From positions 5,536,001 to 5,600,000 of the forward strand of contig OZ253462.1 in assembly GCA_965261395.1 (NCBI GenBank): DNA of 64,000 nucleotides. Reading direction: 5' to 3'. Below, one piece after another: positions 32,068 to 44,580 of the stretch. How positions within the stretch are numbered: position 1 is the stretch's first letter; the number at the start of each line of letters is the position of its first letter. The notes below the pieces were generated by a model. The model saw only the letters and a list, made by a program, of their open reading frames with translations, was not told the origin of the DNA and did not search any database. This DNA comes from Candidatus Latescibacterota bacterium. GTDB taxonomy: Bacteria > Latescibacterota > UBA2968 > UBA8231. Made by a program: the position numbers and the translations under genes.

Positions 32068-32672
32068 TCCACATCGCCGTACTGGCCGGCGGCCAAAGCC
32101 GACGCATGGGCCGCGACAAGGCCCTCCTGCCACTAGGCGACCAGACCCTAATTGAACGAGTTATCGCCGCGGCTCGCCCTCTCGCCTGTCCCTGCCTCAT
32201 CGTCGGCGATCCCGCCACCTATGCCCACCTTGGGCTACCCGTCCATCCCGACCGCCACCCCGGGCTCGGACCCCTAGGCGGTCTGCACACCGCACTTGGC
32301 CAGACCGCCGCGCCCGTGCTCCTCCTCGCCTGTGACTTGCCCTTTCTCACCCCGGACTTCCTCCGCCACCTCGCCAGCCGACGCGGGCCGCATCAAGCGG
32401 TCGTGCCCTACACGGCCGCAGGACTGCAACCGCTCTGCGCGCTCTACGAGCCGTCCTGCTTGGCGGCCGTAGAATCCGCCATACAGGCCGGCCAACTCGG
32501 CATGCGCAGCCTGCTGCACAATCTAAATTTGGATTTGGTAAGGGAAAAGGACTGGCGGCCCTACGACGAGCACGGCCTGCTTTTTGCCAATCTCAACGCG
32601 CCCGAAGAGTACGAGCGGGCGCAAGCCGCACTCCTAAAATCCGGCATCCACCACGCTCAACACCAACAATAG
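32064..32672 (+). CDS. mobA: Molybdenum cofactor guanylyltransferase
   Basis: 'LAGGQSRRMGRDKA', 'GPLGGL', 'ACDLP' and 'NLN' motifs. Confidence 0.9.
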   Translation: MIHIAVLAGGQSRRMGRDKALLPLGDQTLIERVIAAARPLACPCLIVGDPATYAHLGLPVHPDRHPGLGPLGGLHTALGQTAAPVLLLACDLPFLTPDFLRHLASRRGPHQAVVPYTAAGLQPLCALYEPSCLAAVESAIQAGQLGMRSLLHNLNLDLVREKDWRPYDEHGLLFANLNAPEEYERAQAALLKSGIHHAQHQQ

Positions 32673-33493
32673 CGGCAGATAGAGCACCGAGGCCTTGAGC
32701 AGCCGCCGCGCACTGGTCACCGAGCGCGAGCAGCTAAGCGCGAGACCGGAGGCGAGAAACAGCGCGCCCAACACCAGCGCCCCGACCAGATAGAACGGCC
32801 CGGTGAGGCCCATGAACGAAGGCAACACCGAAAAAATCAGCAGCAGCACCAAGTAGCCCATGATCTGCCAGCAGGTGCTGTTCCCATCCGGCTCGACGAC
32901 GGGTAGCATCTTGAAACCGCCGCGCCGATAGTCGTCGCGGAAGATCCAAGCAATGGCATAGAAGTGCGGGTGCTGCCAAGCGAAGAGAATGAGAAAGAGG
33001 ACCACGGCTCCCGGGTCAATCGAGCCGGTCGCCGCCGTCCAGCCCCCCACCGGCGGCAGGGCACCCGGCACGGCCCCCAGCGAGGTGTTGAGCCAATTTT
33101 GCCGCTTCATCGGCGTGTACACCACCACGTAGAGAAACGCGGAGAGCAGCGCCAAAAACGCCGTCAACAACCCAGTGGTAAAAAGCAGAAAAACACCCCG
33201 ACCAACACCAGCGCAAAACCCATCGCCAGAGCCGTACCCGGCTTGACGCGCCCGGCTGGCAAGGGCCGGTTGCGGGTGCGCTTCATCAAACCATCGACAT
33301 CGCGTTCCAGATACTGGTTGAGCACCGACGAGCCGCACGTGGTCAGACCTGTGCCGACGAGCAGGCAGCAAAAAAGCAGCGGCGCGTGGATGCCTTGCCC
33401 GCCCCAGAAAAACCCCAAGGCGGCCGTAACCAGCACCAAAAAGGCAATTCTCGGTTTAGTCAGTTCCCAGTAGTCGTGCCAAGTAGCAGTCAT
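32634..33493 (-). pseudogene. ctaB: Protoheme IX farnesyltransferase (heme o synthase), frameshifted near 33190
   Basis: N-half 'ELTKPRI...NQYLERDVDGLMKRTRNRPLPAG' and C-half 'YTPMKR...WQHPHF...DYRRGGFKMLP' are in different frames; may be a sequencing error. Confidence 0.8.
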
Positions 33494-33591
33494 ATCTATC
33501 TCGTTCCGCGACAAAAATATAAAGCTGGATCTATTAACGGACAATAAGACGAGGCGAGTTGACGCTTGGTTCGGTGCCCCGCCTATCGTAA

Positions 33592-36050
<2,459 letters not shown>

Positions 36051-36058
36051 CTCCTAGA

Positions 36059-37495
36059 TCAGGCCAACGACGCAAATTCCCATTCCTCCAATTCCACCAT
36101 CCCATCCACTGCCACCGGCACTCCCACCCCCAAACCCGCCACTTGCAGCGACCCTACCTCGATCTTTCCTCCCTGCACATCCAAGGCTACCAACCCACCG
36201 CCCACCGCCCGATAGAGCTTCCCGTGCGTGGCTAAGCAGGCCGCTTGCTCGTCTGCGGTCAAGTGATCCAATCCCCGCACGTAGTGGTGCCCGTTGCGCT
36301 CGACGTGCCCGATCCCCAGCGCCGCCACGTGCGCCAAATCCTGGTGCAGAGGCACCACCGGCAAGTTCATCAGGTCCTCGCCCGAGAGAAAACAGCCCTC
36401 CCGCCGCCGCGCCAACGCCAGATTGGCCAGCGCCTTGACCAGCCCTTTGCACGCCTTGGACGAAACGCCCTCGTATCCCAGCGCCAAGGCTTGGGGGAAG
36501 GTGTCCAGCGCATCGTCTGACTCGTCGATGAGCAAGGGACGACGCGCCGCGGCGGCCCGGATGCCCGCCTCTAGTGCAGCATCCAAAGCCACGCTCCGCT
36601 CTAGGGGCTGCTCGACGTAGAGAATGCGCTCGTACAAACGCGGCTGCTTGGCTGCGATGCCATCGATCAAACCAATGAGCGAGTCCATTTCCCGGTATTG
36701 CTCGTTGCCGTCGAGCGTGACCTTGTATTCAGCGTCGCGCCCGTCCAACAGCTCGGCAATCGCGGCCAACCGCTCCAAGTCGGCCTCCAAGTCGCCGTTC
36801 ACCTTGACCTTGAAGTACGCCAGCCCTTGGCACTCGACGCAATCGGCCAGCGACTGCGGCAACCCATCGTCCAATCGCTCCTCGGGCGCAATATCGCTTG
36901 GGACAATCGGATCGGCCAATCCCACTGTGTGCCGCACGTGCAGTTGCGCGAGCGGCGCAGTACCTATCACTTGGCCGGGCTCCACGCCTTGCAGCTCGGG
37001 GTGAATCGCCCCCAGATCCAATCCGAGGAGATTGGCCTTGAGTAACTCGAAGTAACTCGCGCCCACACCGCATCCCACCGCGTCGATCAGGGCGCGCTCC
37101 ATCAGCGTACTGCCGTGGACGGCCGTCAACCGATTCAGGCCGTGCGCATCGCCAGCGGATACCGTCTGGGCATAACCGGCCTGCCATATTGAAAAGAACG
37201 ACTTGGGCGACCGCGCCGCATCCAAATACGCTGACCGCGCCGACCGCGCCGACCACAGCAAGTCGGCGACATTGTCTTCGTAGCTTTTGGCCGGGTCCTT
37301 GTCGAACCACTTAGGTGGAAGAATGTCGGCGGCAACTCCTTGTACCGGAGTGCCGTTTTTTAGCACGCCCTGAGCCACTACGTGAAGAATTGGCACGGCA
37401 GTCAGCACGGCCGCGCCGTATTTGAAGGGCATGCGGGTATGCACATTCCGCATGTAGAACCGCACGTCCTCAAGCCTTATTTCTACGGCATTCAC
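36059..37495 (-). CDS. Enolase-superfamily protein of unknown function, copy 2
   Basis: 'FKVK', 'LDGNEQY', 'YVEQP', 'LIDES' and 'ERNGHHY' motifs. Confidence 0.7.
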   Translation of the reverse strand: MNAVEIRLEDVRFYMRNVHTRMPFKYGAAVLTAVPILHVVAQGVLKNGTPVQGVAADILPPKWFDKDPAKSYEDNVADLLWSARSARSAYLDAARSPKSFFSIWQAGYAQTVSAGDAHGLNRLTAVHGSTLMERALIDAVGCGVGASYFELLKANLLGLDLGAIHPELQGVEPGQVIGTAPLAQLHVRHTVGLADPIVPSDIAPEERLDDGLPQSLADCVECQGLAYFKVKVNGDLEADLERLAAIAELLDGRDAEYKVTLDGNEQYREMDSLIGLIDGIAAKQPRLYERILYVEQPLERSVALDAALEAGIRAAAARRPLLIDESDDALDTFPQALALGYEGVSSKACKGLVKALANLALARRREGCFLSGEDLMNLPVVPLHQDLAHVAALGIGHVERNGHHYVRGLDHLTADEQAACLATHGKLYRAVGGGLVALDVQGGKIEVGSLQVAGLGVGVPVAVDGMVELEEWEFASLA

Positions 37496-38919
37496 GACAA
37501 TTGCGCCTCCGCCAGCGGCTGCATAGCTGCGATATCGACCGCGCCATCAACCCCGAGACCAGGCCGTTGTAGGGAACCGACGGCGATCTGGCCTTCGCGA
37601 ATGTCGAGGAAGCCGCTCTGGCCTGCGGAGCGGTACAGATCGCCGTGCCGCTCAAAGCACCACGCCCGCTCAGCGGCCGACAAGTGGTCCAGCCCCCGCA
37701 CGTAGTGGTGCCCATTGCGCTCGACGTGCCCGATCCCCAACGCCGCCACGTGCGCCAAATCTTGGTGCAGCGACACCACCGGCACCGCGGTCAAATCCTC
37801 GGCCGCGACAAAACAGGGGCGGCCCGCGGCCGTGCGCTGCCAAGCGAGCGCGCTATTGGCCAGCGCCTTGACCAAACCCTTGCAACTCTTGGACGAAACG
37901 CCGCTGTAGCCCAAGTCCAAAGCGCGGCGGAAGGAATCCAAGGATTCGTCCGACTCGTCGATCAGCAGGGGCCGTTTCGCCGCCAAAACCTCGAGTTCTT
38001 TCTTTAGCGCGAGGTCGAGGGAAAGAGCGCGGTCCATGGGCTGCTCGACGTAGAGGATGCGGTGGTAAAACGCCCCCAGAGCCTTTTCAACCCGCTCCAG
38101 CAAGGCCAGTAAATCGGCCGCGTTGCCGTACTGTTCGTTGCCGTCGAGCGTGATGTGGTACTCCGCGCCGCTCTCGTCTAGGAGCGAGGCGATCTCCGCC
38201 AAGCGCTCGAAATCGGCCGCAGGGTCGCCGCCGATCTTGATCTTGAAATAGCGCAGACCCTGGCGCTGAATGCACTCCTCCAACGACTGCGGCAACCCGT
38301 CGTTCAACCGCTCCGCAGGCGCAATCGCGGCCGTGCGGATGGGATCGACCAAGCCGACCGTATGGCGGATGTACAGCGAGCGCACCGGCGTCGCCGGTAG
38401 CACTGCCGCAAGCTCCAACCCTTCTAATTCTGGGTGAATCCTCTCCAGCGCCAATCCGAGGACATTGTCCTGCAACAGCGCAAAATAGGGCTGCCCCAGC
38501 GCGACCCCCAAGCCGTCGATGAGCGCCCGCTCCATCAGGGCCGCGCCGTTGGACGCCAGCAGGTCGTTCGTGCCCCGCGCCCGACCCCACGCTCGATTGG
38601 CCTCGTAGCCCGCCTCCCAGATTGCGAATGGGGTCGCGCTGGCGCGACCCGACTCCCGATACGCGGTGGCGGCGGTTTGCGCTCCATCCACCAAGACCCG
38701 GATGCCCTCGGCCATCGTCTTGCTTGGGTCTTTGTCGAACCACCTAGGCGACAGCATGTCCGCAGACCAGCCCCGCGCCCGCTGGCCATTGCCCAACTCT
38801 ACGTCCATAGCCACGTGCAGCGCGGTCAGGCTATCAGCGACCACATTGCCAAACTTAAACGGCATGCGCATCCGCATCTCGCGCACGTAAAATTCAATGT
38901 CTTTAATCGTCACTAGCAT
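37492..38919 (-). CDS. Enolase-superfamily protein of unknown function, copy 1
   Basis: Start re-set to MLVTIKDI, just after the argH stop; paralog of 36059-37495. Confidence 0.7.
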   Translation of the reverse strand: MLVTIKDIEFYVREMRMRMPFKFGNVVADSLTALHVAMDVELGNGQRARGWSADMLSPRWFDKDPSKTMAEGIRVLVDGAQTAATAYRESGRASATPFAIWEAGYEANRAWGRARGTNDLLASNGAALMERALIDGLGVALGQPYFALLQDNVLGLALERIHPELEGLELAAVLPATPVRSLYIRHTVGLVDPIRTAAIAPAERLNDGLPQSLEECIQRQGLRYFKIKIGGDPAADFERLAEIASLLDESGAEYHITLDGNEQYGNAADLLALLERVEKALGAFYHRILYVEQPMDRALSLDLALKKELEVLAAKRPLLIDESDESLDSFRRALDLGYSGVSSKSCKGLVKALANSALAWQRTAAGRPCFVAAEDLTAVPVVSLHQDLAHVAALGIGHVERNGHHYVRGLDHLSAAERAWCFERHGDLYRSAGQSGFLDIREGQIAVGSLQRPGLGVDGAVDIAAMQPLAEAQLS

Positions 38920-38924
38920 TTGGT

Positions 38925-40310
38925 TCAACTCCCGGCCAAGGCCTGCCGCGCCTTCTCCATCTGTTCGGCCACGGCCTGCGGGCCGGTGCCACCCTCTATG
39001 TTGCGGCGCGCCAAGCTGTGGCGCACGTCGAGCAGGCCGAGCGCGTCCTCGCCAAAATCTGCGCTGTGTGCGCGCAGATCGTCCAAGTGGAGGTCGGTGA
39101 GAGCGCGGCCATGCTCTAGCGCGGCCCGCACCAAGCGGCCAACGACGCGATGAGCCTCGCGGAAAGGCACACCTCGGCCGACCAAATAGTCGGCCAGATC
39201 CGTGGCCAAGGCCGTGGAATCCACCGCGGACTCCATCCGCTCGGCCCGCACCTCCATGCTCTCCCAAGCACCGGCGAAAACCTCTAGGCAAATGGCCGAC
39301 GTTTCCAGCGCGTCAAAGAGCGGCTCCTTGTCTTCTTGCAGATCCTTGGAGTATGTCAACGGCACGGCCTTCATCGTCGTCAGCAACGCCATCAGGCTGC
39401 CGTACACCCGGCCAGTCTTGCCGCGCACCAGCTCCAGCGCGTCCGGGTTTTTCTTTTGCGGCATCATGCTAGAGCCGGTGGCAAAGAGATCGTCGAGCTC
39501 GACAAAGCCAAACTCCGCCGACGACCAGAGGATCAAATCCTCGCAGAAGCGGCTCAAGTGCATCATTAGGATTGCCAGCGCGGAAAGAGTCTCGAGCAAA
39601 AAATCCCGGTCGCTGACCGCGTCGAGGCTGTTGGGGGTCACCTGTGAGAACCCGAGTTCGCGGGCGAGGAACGCCCGGTCGAGCGGAAACGCGCTCCCGG
39701 CCAATGCCCCGGAACCCAACGGCAGAAAGTCGGCCCGCCGCCAAGCGTCACCCAGCCGCCCTAGGTCGCGCTCCAGCATCCAGAACAGCGACAGCGCGTA
39801 GTGGGAGAAAAGAATCGGCTGCGCCTGTTGTAAGTGAGTGTAGCCGGGCAGCACCACGCGGCTGTGCTGCTCGCCCGACGCCAAGAGCACGCCTTGCAGG
39901 TGGCGGATTTGAGCCTGAAGCGACGCAATCGCGCCCCGCAGGTAGAGCCGCTCATCTACGTTGACTTGGTCGTTGCGGCTGCGCCCGGTGTGCAGCTTGC
40001 CCCCGACCGGGCCGATCAGCTCGGTCAGCCGTTGCTCCACCGCCATGTGGATATCTTCAAGCGCGTCGGGGAGCGCGCAGTCCGGGGCTGAAAATTCTTC
40101 CTGCACCTGCTTTAGCCCCACTTCGATCTGCTGCAGCTCTCCAGCTCTGAGGACGCCGGCCCGCTGCAGGGCGCGGGCGTAGGCCACGCTGCCCGCAATA
40201 TCGGCCTCCAACAGCTTGCGGTCGAAGCCAATAGAGGCGTTGAAGCGTTCCATCAGCTCGGCCGGTGCGGACTGAAACCGCCCGCCCCAAGGCGTTTGTA
40301 CCGCGGCCAT
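38925..40310 (-). CDS. argH: Argininosuccinate lyase
   Basis: 'WGGRF', 'HTGRSRNDQV' and 'GSSMMPQKKNPD' motifs. Confidence 0.97.
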   Translation of the reverse strand: MAAVQTPWGGRFQSAPAELMERFNASIGFDRKLLEADIAGSVAYARALQRAGVLRAGELQQIEVGLKQVQEEFSAPDCALPDALEDIHMAVEQRLTELIGPVGGKLHTGRSRNDQVNVDERLYLRGAIASLQAQIRHLQGVLLASGEQHSRVVLPGYTHLQQAQPILFSHYALSLFWMLERDLGRLGDAWRRADFLPLGSGALAGSAFPLDRAFLARELGFSQVTPNSLDAVSDRDFLLETLSALAILMMHLSRFCEDLILWSSAEFGFVELDDLFATGSSMMPQKKNPDALELVRGKTGRVYGSLMALLTTMKAVPLTYSKDLQEDKEPLFDALETSAICLEVFAGAWESMEVRAERMESAVDSTALATDLADYLVGRGVPFREAHRVVGRLVRAALEHGRALTDLHLDDLRAHSADFGEDALGLLDVRHSLARRNIEGGTGPQAVAEQMEKARQALAGS

Positions 40311-41506
40311 CAGACACCTTGGCGCAGGATCTCGTCGAATACATCTACTGCCTCGTCAATGCGGTCCCGCTCGACGACTAGAGGCGGCAGAAAGCGCACC
40401 ACATCTACCCCAGCCGTGGCCACCAAGATGTCGCGCTGGCGGAAGGCGGCCAGATAATCGGCGGCCGGCTGGCGGGTGACCGCGCCGGCGATCAGCCCTT
40501 TGCCGCGAATTTCGGTGATGTGCTCAGGCCAGCGCTGTTGCAGCTTTTGCAGGCGGCCGATCAGGTGTTCGCCTTTTTCGCGCACCCCGTCGATAAAACC
40601 CGGCTCCAGCAGCTTGCCCAAGACCGCGGTCGCCGCGGCGCAGGCCACGGGGTTGGCACCGAACGTCGCGGCGTGGTCGCCGGCCTCAATGGCATCGGCG
40701 ACCTTTTGCCGCAAGAGCGCGACGCCGATCGGCAAGCCGCCGCCGAGGGCTTTGGCCAAGGTCATAATATCCGGCTCAACCTCGTATTGCTGATAGGCCC
40801 ACAGCGAGCCTAAGCGTCCGCATCCCACTTGGATCTCGTCGAAGACCAGCAGCATCTCCCGCTCGTCGCACAGGTGCCTCAGCCCGGTGAGAAATTCCCC
40901 AGTCGCGGCGTGAATCCCACCCTCGGCCTGCAACGGCTCGACCAATATCGCGCAGGTCTGATCCGAGACCAGCGATTCCACGGAGGCCAAATCGTTGAAA
41001 CGGGCGAAGTCGATGCCCGGCAGCAGCGGCTCAAACCCCTTGTGGTACTTGGGCTGGCCGGTCGTCGAGATGGATCCATACGTCCGCCCGTGAAAGGAGT
41101 TTTCAAAGGCGATGAGGCGATTTTTGGGCGAGTCGTGGGTGGTGTTGCCCCACTTGCGGCAGAACTTGAGCGAAGCCTCCCACGCTTCGGTGCCGCTGTT
41201 GCAGAAGAACACCCGATCGGCAAACGAGTGCTCGACCAGTCGCTTAGCCACCTCGACTGAGGGGATCGTATGGTAGAGGTTGGACACATGCATCAGCTTG
41301 GCGGCTTGGGTCTCAATGGCCTTGAGCACTCCGTAGTCGCCGTAGCCCAAGGCGTTGACCGCCAAGCCGCTGACAAAATCGAGGTAGCGGTTGCCGTCCA
41401 TGTCGAAGAGATAGACCCCATTGCCCCGCTCTAGTACGAACTCGGGCCGACCGTAGGTCTGCAAAATGTATTGTGCCTCGCCCTCGATAATGTCTTCGGT
41501 TTTCAT
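40310..41506 (-). CDS. argD: Acetylornithine aminotransferase
   Basis: 'CNSGTEA', 'FHGRT', 'FDEIQ' and 'TLAKALGGG' motifs; arg operon context. Confidence 0.9.
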   Translation of the reverse strand: MKTEDIIEGEAQYILQTYGRPEFVLERGNGVYLFDMDGNRYLDFVSGLAVNALGYGDYGVLKAIETQAAKLMHVSNLYHTIPSVEVAKRLVEHSFADRVFFCNSGTEAWEASLKFCRKWGNTTHDSPKNRLIAFENSFHGRTYGSISTTGQPKYHKGFEPLLPGIDFARFNDLASVESLVSDQTCAILVEPLQAEGGIHAATGEFLTGLRHLCDEREMLLVFDEIQVGCGRLGSLWAYQQYEVEPDIMTLAKALGGGLPIGVALLRQKVADAIEAGDHAATFGANPVACAAATAVLGKLLEPGFIDGVREKGEHLIGRLQKLQQRWPEHITEIRGKGLIAGAVTRQPAADYLAAFRQRDILVATAGVDVVRFLPPLVVERDRIDEAVDVFDEILRQGV

Positions 41507-41522
41507 GGTTTTCTCCGTCGTC

Positions 41523-42413
41523 CTACTGGACAATTTGGGTGCCAATGCCCTGCCGGGTGTAAAACTCTAGTAACATCGCATGGGGCACGCGCCCGTCAAT
41601 GACGTGGGTTTTGCGCACGCCGGCTTTGACGGACTTGACACAGGCTTCGACTTTGGGAATCATCCCACCGCAGATCACGCCTTGGTCAACCAGCTCGCCC
41701 ACCTCAGAGACGCGCACGGTTGATAGCAGGGACGCATCGTCTTTGAGATCGCGCATAATGCCCTGCACATCCGTTAAAAAAACTAATTTCTCGGCGTGCA
41801 GGGCCGCAGCAATTTGCCCGGCCGCCGTATCGGCATTGACGTTGAAGCTCTCGCCCTCCGGGCCGCGACCAATCGGCGCAACCACCGGGATCATGCCCTT
41901 GCCTATCAAGTCCAACAAAGGCGCGGTATCCACGTATTCGACATCGCCGACATAGCCGATATCCATAGCGCCGCTGTCGGTCTGAGCCCAGTGCTTGCAC
42001 ACCTGCATGATCCCAGCGTCCTTGGCCGAGACGCCCACGGCCCGCCCGTCTAGTGCGCCAATTTCGCGGACTATCCGAGCGTTGACCTCGCCAAAGAGCA
42101 CATCCTCAACCACCCTCATCGTCGCCGCGTCCGTCACCCGCAGCCCATCTACGCGCTGGCTCTCAATGCCTAGTGCTTGCAGGCGGCGGTTGATAGCCGG
42201 ACCGCCGCCGTGGACCACGACTGGACAGATGCCAACCACCTGCATGAAGACGATATCCTTGTGTACGGTGTCCCCGCCACCCATGGTGCTGCCGCCGTAT
42301 TTGACGACCATCACTTTGCCGCGAAATTCCTGTAGGTAAGGCAACGCCTCGATCAGGGTCTCGGCTTTATCAATATGGGCCTGCAAGCCCTGTAAGACCT
42401 CGACGTCCATCAC
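41523..42413 (-). CDS. argB: Acetylglutamate kinase
   Basis: 'VKYGG', 'VVHGGGP', 'NVNAD' and 'GGMIPK' motifs. Confidence 0.95.
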   Translation of the reverse strand: MMDVEVLQGLQAHIDKAETLIEALPYLQEFRGKVMVVKYGGSTMGGGDTVHKDIVFMQVVGICPVVVHGGGPAINRRLQALGIESQRVDGLRVTDAATMRVVEDVLFGEVNARIVREIGALDGRAVGVSAKDAGIMQVCKHWAQTDSGAMDIGYVGDVEYVDTAPLLDLIGKGMIPVVAPIGRGPEGESFNVNADTAAGQIAAALHAEKLVFLTDVQGIMRDLKDDASLLSTVRVSEVGELVDQGVICGGMIPKVEACVKSVKAGVRKTHVIDGRVPHAMLLEFYTRQGIGTQIVQ

Positions 42414-42877
42414 TTATCCTCGCCGCACACCGCGTTGATCTTATCGACTAACTGCGCCGCGTCTTGTTCTGAACGGGAGACGATAAAGATCGTGTTTTCG
42501 CCGGCAATCGTGCCCGCGACCTCGGTCCAACCAATGCGATCAATGGCCTCGCAGACGCTTTGAGCGTGCCCCGACGAGGTCCGCACCAGCACCATGTTGA
42601 TTACCTGTTCGGTCTGGACCAAAAAGTCCTGCAGCTCTCTCTCTAGGATGTGCAGGTCGCGCAGCGTAGCCCCGGCTTCGGGCAGCGTATAGCGAAAACC
42701 CCCATCGGCCTGCGGCACCCGCACCACGCCTATTTCGCGCAAGTCTTTCGACAAGGTCGATTGGCTGACCTCGATGCCTTGTTGCTGGAGGACCTCGGCC
42801 AATTTCTCGTGTGTATCAATGACTCTTCTATAGAGCAGTTCCCGTATGCGGGTCTGCCGCATCTGTTTGTTACGCAT
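42410..42877 (-). CDS. argR: Arginine repressor
   Basis: 'SQSTLSKDLRE' and 'AGTIAGENTI' motifs. Confidence 0.9.
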   Translation of the reverse strand: MRNKQMRQTRIRELLYRRVIDTHEKLAEVLQQQGIEVSQSTLSKDLREIGVVRVPQADGGFRYTLPEAGATLRDLHILERELQDFLVQTEQVINMVLVRTSSGHAQSVCEAIDRIGWTEVAGTIAGENTIFIVSRSEQDAAQLVDKINAVCGEDK

Positions 42878-42939
42878 AATTTTTATTATTTAATTGAAAT
42901 AAAAATTTCTAAATTAGAGTACCGCCGAGACCGTGTCAA
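42876..42939 (-). promoter_or_regulatory. arg operon promoter with AT-rich ARG-box-like palindromes
   Basis: TTGACA (42939-42934), 17-nt spacer, TAATTT (42916-42911); ATAATTTTTATTAT and GAAATAAAAATTTC near-palindromes lie between the -10 and the ATG. Confidence 0.6.
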
Positions 42940-42955
42940 GCAAAGCGTAGCCGCG

Positions 42956-43738
42956 CTACGCTCGGCCCGAAGCCATCTGCTCTTGCAGGCGCAGCTTGAG
43001 TTGCCGGCGATCCAGCCCCCGCCAAAAGACCCCGCCAATGGCCAGCGAAATGGTGCTGTTCTCCTCGGAAACGACGATGACTACCGCATCCGATTCCTGC
43101 GATAGACCCAATGCCGCCCGATGGCGGGTTCCCAGCCGCTGGTCCTCGATCTCTTCCGCCAAAGGCAAGGTGCAGCGGGCCGCCACCAAGCTCTCGCCTT
43201 GGATAACGACGGCTCGGTCGTGCAGCGGGGTGCGTGGGCTGAAGATCGTGGCTAGCAAATCGCCCGACACCTCCGAGTTCAGGGGCACCCCAGTCTCAAT
43301 GACCGGCCTGATCTGGACTTGGCGCACCAGCACGATCAGCGCCCCGTACCCCAAGTCGGCCAAGCGCCCGACTCCACCGACGACCTCGTCAATGACCCGG
43401 GACGGCTCGGCCTTGTAAAACCAGCGGAACGCCGGGGTCTGCCCCAAGACTTGGAGGAGCCGCCGTAACTCGGGCTGGAAGAGGATGACTAGTAGGATTA
43501 ACAAGATGGAGCGCGCCTGCTCCAACAGCCAAGACAGGGCGTTCATATTGAGCCAAGGCGCGGCCAAAGCCACGATCACCATTAGCAGTAGCCCGGCGAC
43601 CATGTGCGCGGCTCGGGTGTCCTTGATTAGGGAGAGCAAGCGAAAAAAGATAAAGGCCACCAGCAGGATATCCACCAAGGAGGTCAGCGAGACGGGCAGA
43701 AAGCCAAAGAGGTGGAACAGGACCGGGTCTTTTAGCAC
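42956..43738 (-). CDS. cdaA: Membrane diadenylate cyclase (CdaA/DacA)
   Basis: Three TM helices; 'FQPELRR', 'GALIV', 'PLHD' and 'GTRHRAA' motifs. Confidence 0.9.
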   Translation of the reverse strand: MLKDPVLFHLFGFLPVSLTSLVDILLVAFIFFRLLSLIKDTRAAHMVAGLLLMVIVALAAPWLNMNALSWLLEQARSILLILLVILFQPELRRLLQVLGQTPAFRWFYKAEPSRVIDEVVGGVGRLADLGYGALIVLVRQVQIRPVIETGVPLNSEVSGDLLATIFSPRTPLHDRAVVIQGESLVAARCTLPLAEEIEDQRLGTRHRAALGLSQESDAVVIVVSEENSTISLAIGGVFWRGLDRRQLKLRLQEQMASGRA

Positions 43739-44580
43739 GATACTTGGCCCCGCACAGCCTCGACTAAGCGGACGGCCCGCAGCGTCGCGGCCACATCATG
43801 GACCCGCAGCACGTGGGCGCCCGCCCCAGCCGCGAGGGCAGCCGCCGCCAAGCTGCCCTCCAAGCTCTCGGCAGCCGAGAGCCCGAGCGTCTTCCATATA
43901 AAGGACTTGCGCGAGGCTCCCACCACCAGCGGGCACGCCAAGCCCAAGAAGCGCTCTAACATCCCCAATAAAGCGAGGTTGCCCTCCGGCGACTTGCCGA
44001 ACCCCAAGCCCGGATCCACGGCCACGCGCTCGATGCCCTGGGATTGGGCAACGCGTACGCGTTCTGCTAAAAAAGCGTACACTGTCCCGGGCAAGTCGTC
44101 GTAGTGAGTATTCCGCTGCATGGTAGCTGCCGTGCCCCGGCGGTGCATCAGTACCACGGGGGCCTTGGCCTGTGCGGCGACCTCAGCCATGGCCGAATCG
44201 TGCCGCAGGGCGCTAATGTCGTTGATAATATCGGCCCCCGCCTCAAGGGCTCGGCGCGCCACCGCGGCCTTGACCGTGTCAACCGAGATGGGCACATCGC
44301 TCTGGCGGCGGAGGCCCTCGACGACCGGGAGAACCCGGCCGCATTCCTCGGCGACCGAGACGTCCTCGGCGACCCCGTACATCGGCGGACGCGACGATTC
44401 GCCACCTATATCGACGATCGCCGCCCCTTCCTCCACCATCTCCAAACCGCGTTCCACCGCAGCCCTCGGCGCGCAGTAGCGGCCTCCGTCGTAAAATGAA
44501 TCGGGCGTCGCATTGAGGACGCCCATGATCTGTACTTGGTCGCCAAAGTGGAGGGTGCGGCCTCCCAACTCCCAGATCAC
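43732..44580 (-). CDS. folP: Dihydropteroate synthase
   Basis: 'MGVLNATPDSF', 'DIGGESSRP', 'DPGLGF', 'SRK' and 'RVHDV' motifs. Confidence 0.95.
   Translation of the reverse strand: MIWELGGRTLHFGDQVQIMGVLNATPDSFYDGGRYCAPRAAVERGLEMVEEGAAIVDIGGESSRPPMYGVAEDVSVAEECGRVLPVVEGLRRQSDVPISVDTVKAAVARRALEAGADIINDISALRHDSAMAEVAAQAKAPVVLMHRRGTAATMQRNTHYDDLPGTVYAFLAERVRVAQSQGIERVAVDPGLGFGKSPEGNLALLGMLERFLGLACPLVVGASRKSFIWKTLGLSAAESLEGSLAAAALAAGAGAHVLRVHDVAATLRAVRLVEAVRGQVSC

Noticed and set aside
38920-39291. 599-aa version of the enolase-like ORF
   Set aside because: The extension overlaps argH in another frame; alignment with the paralog starts at 38919
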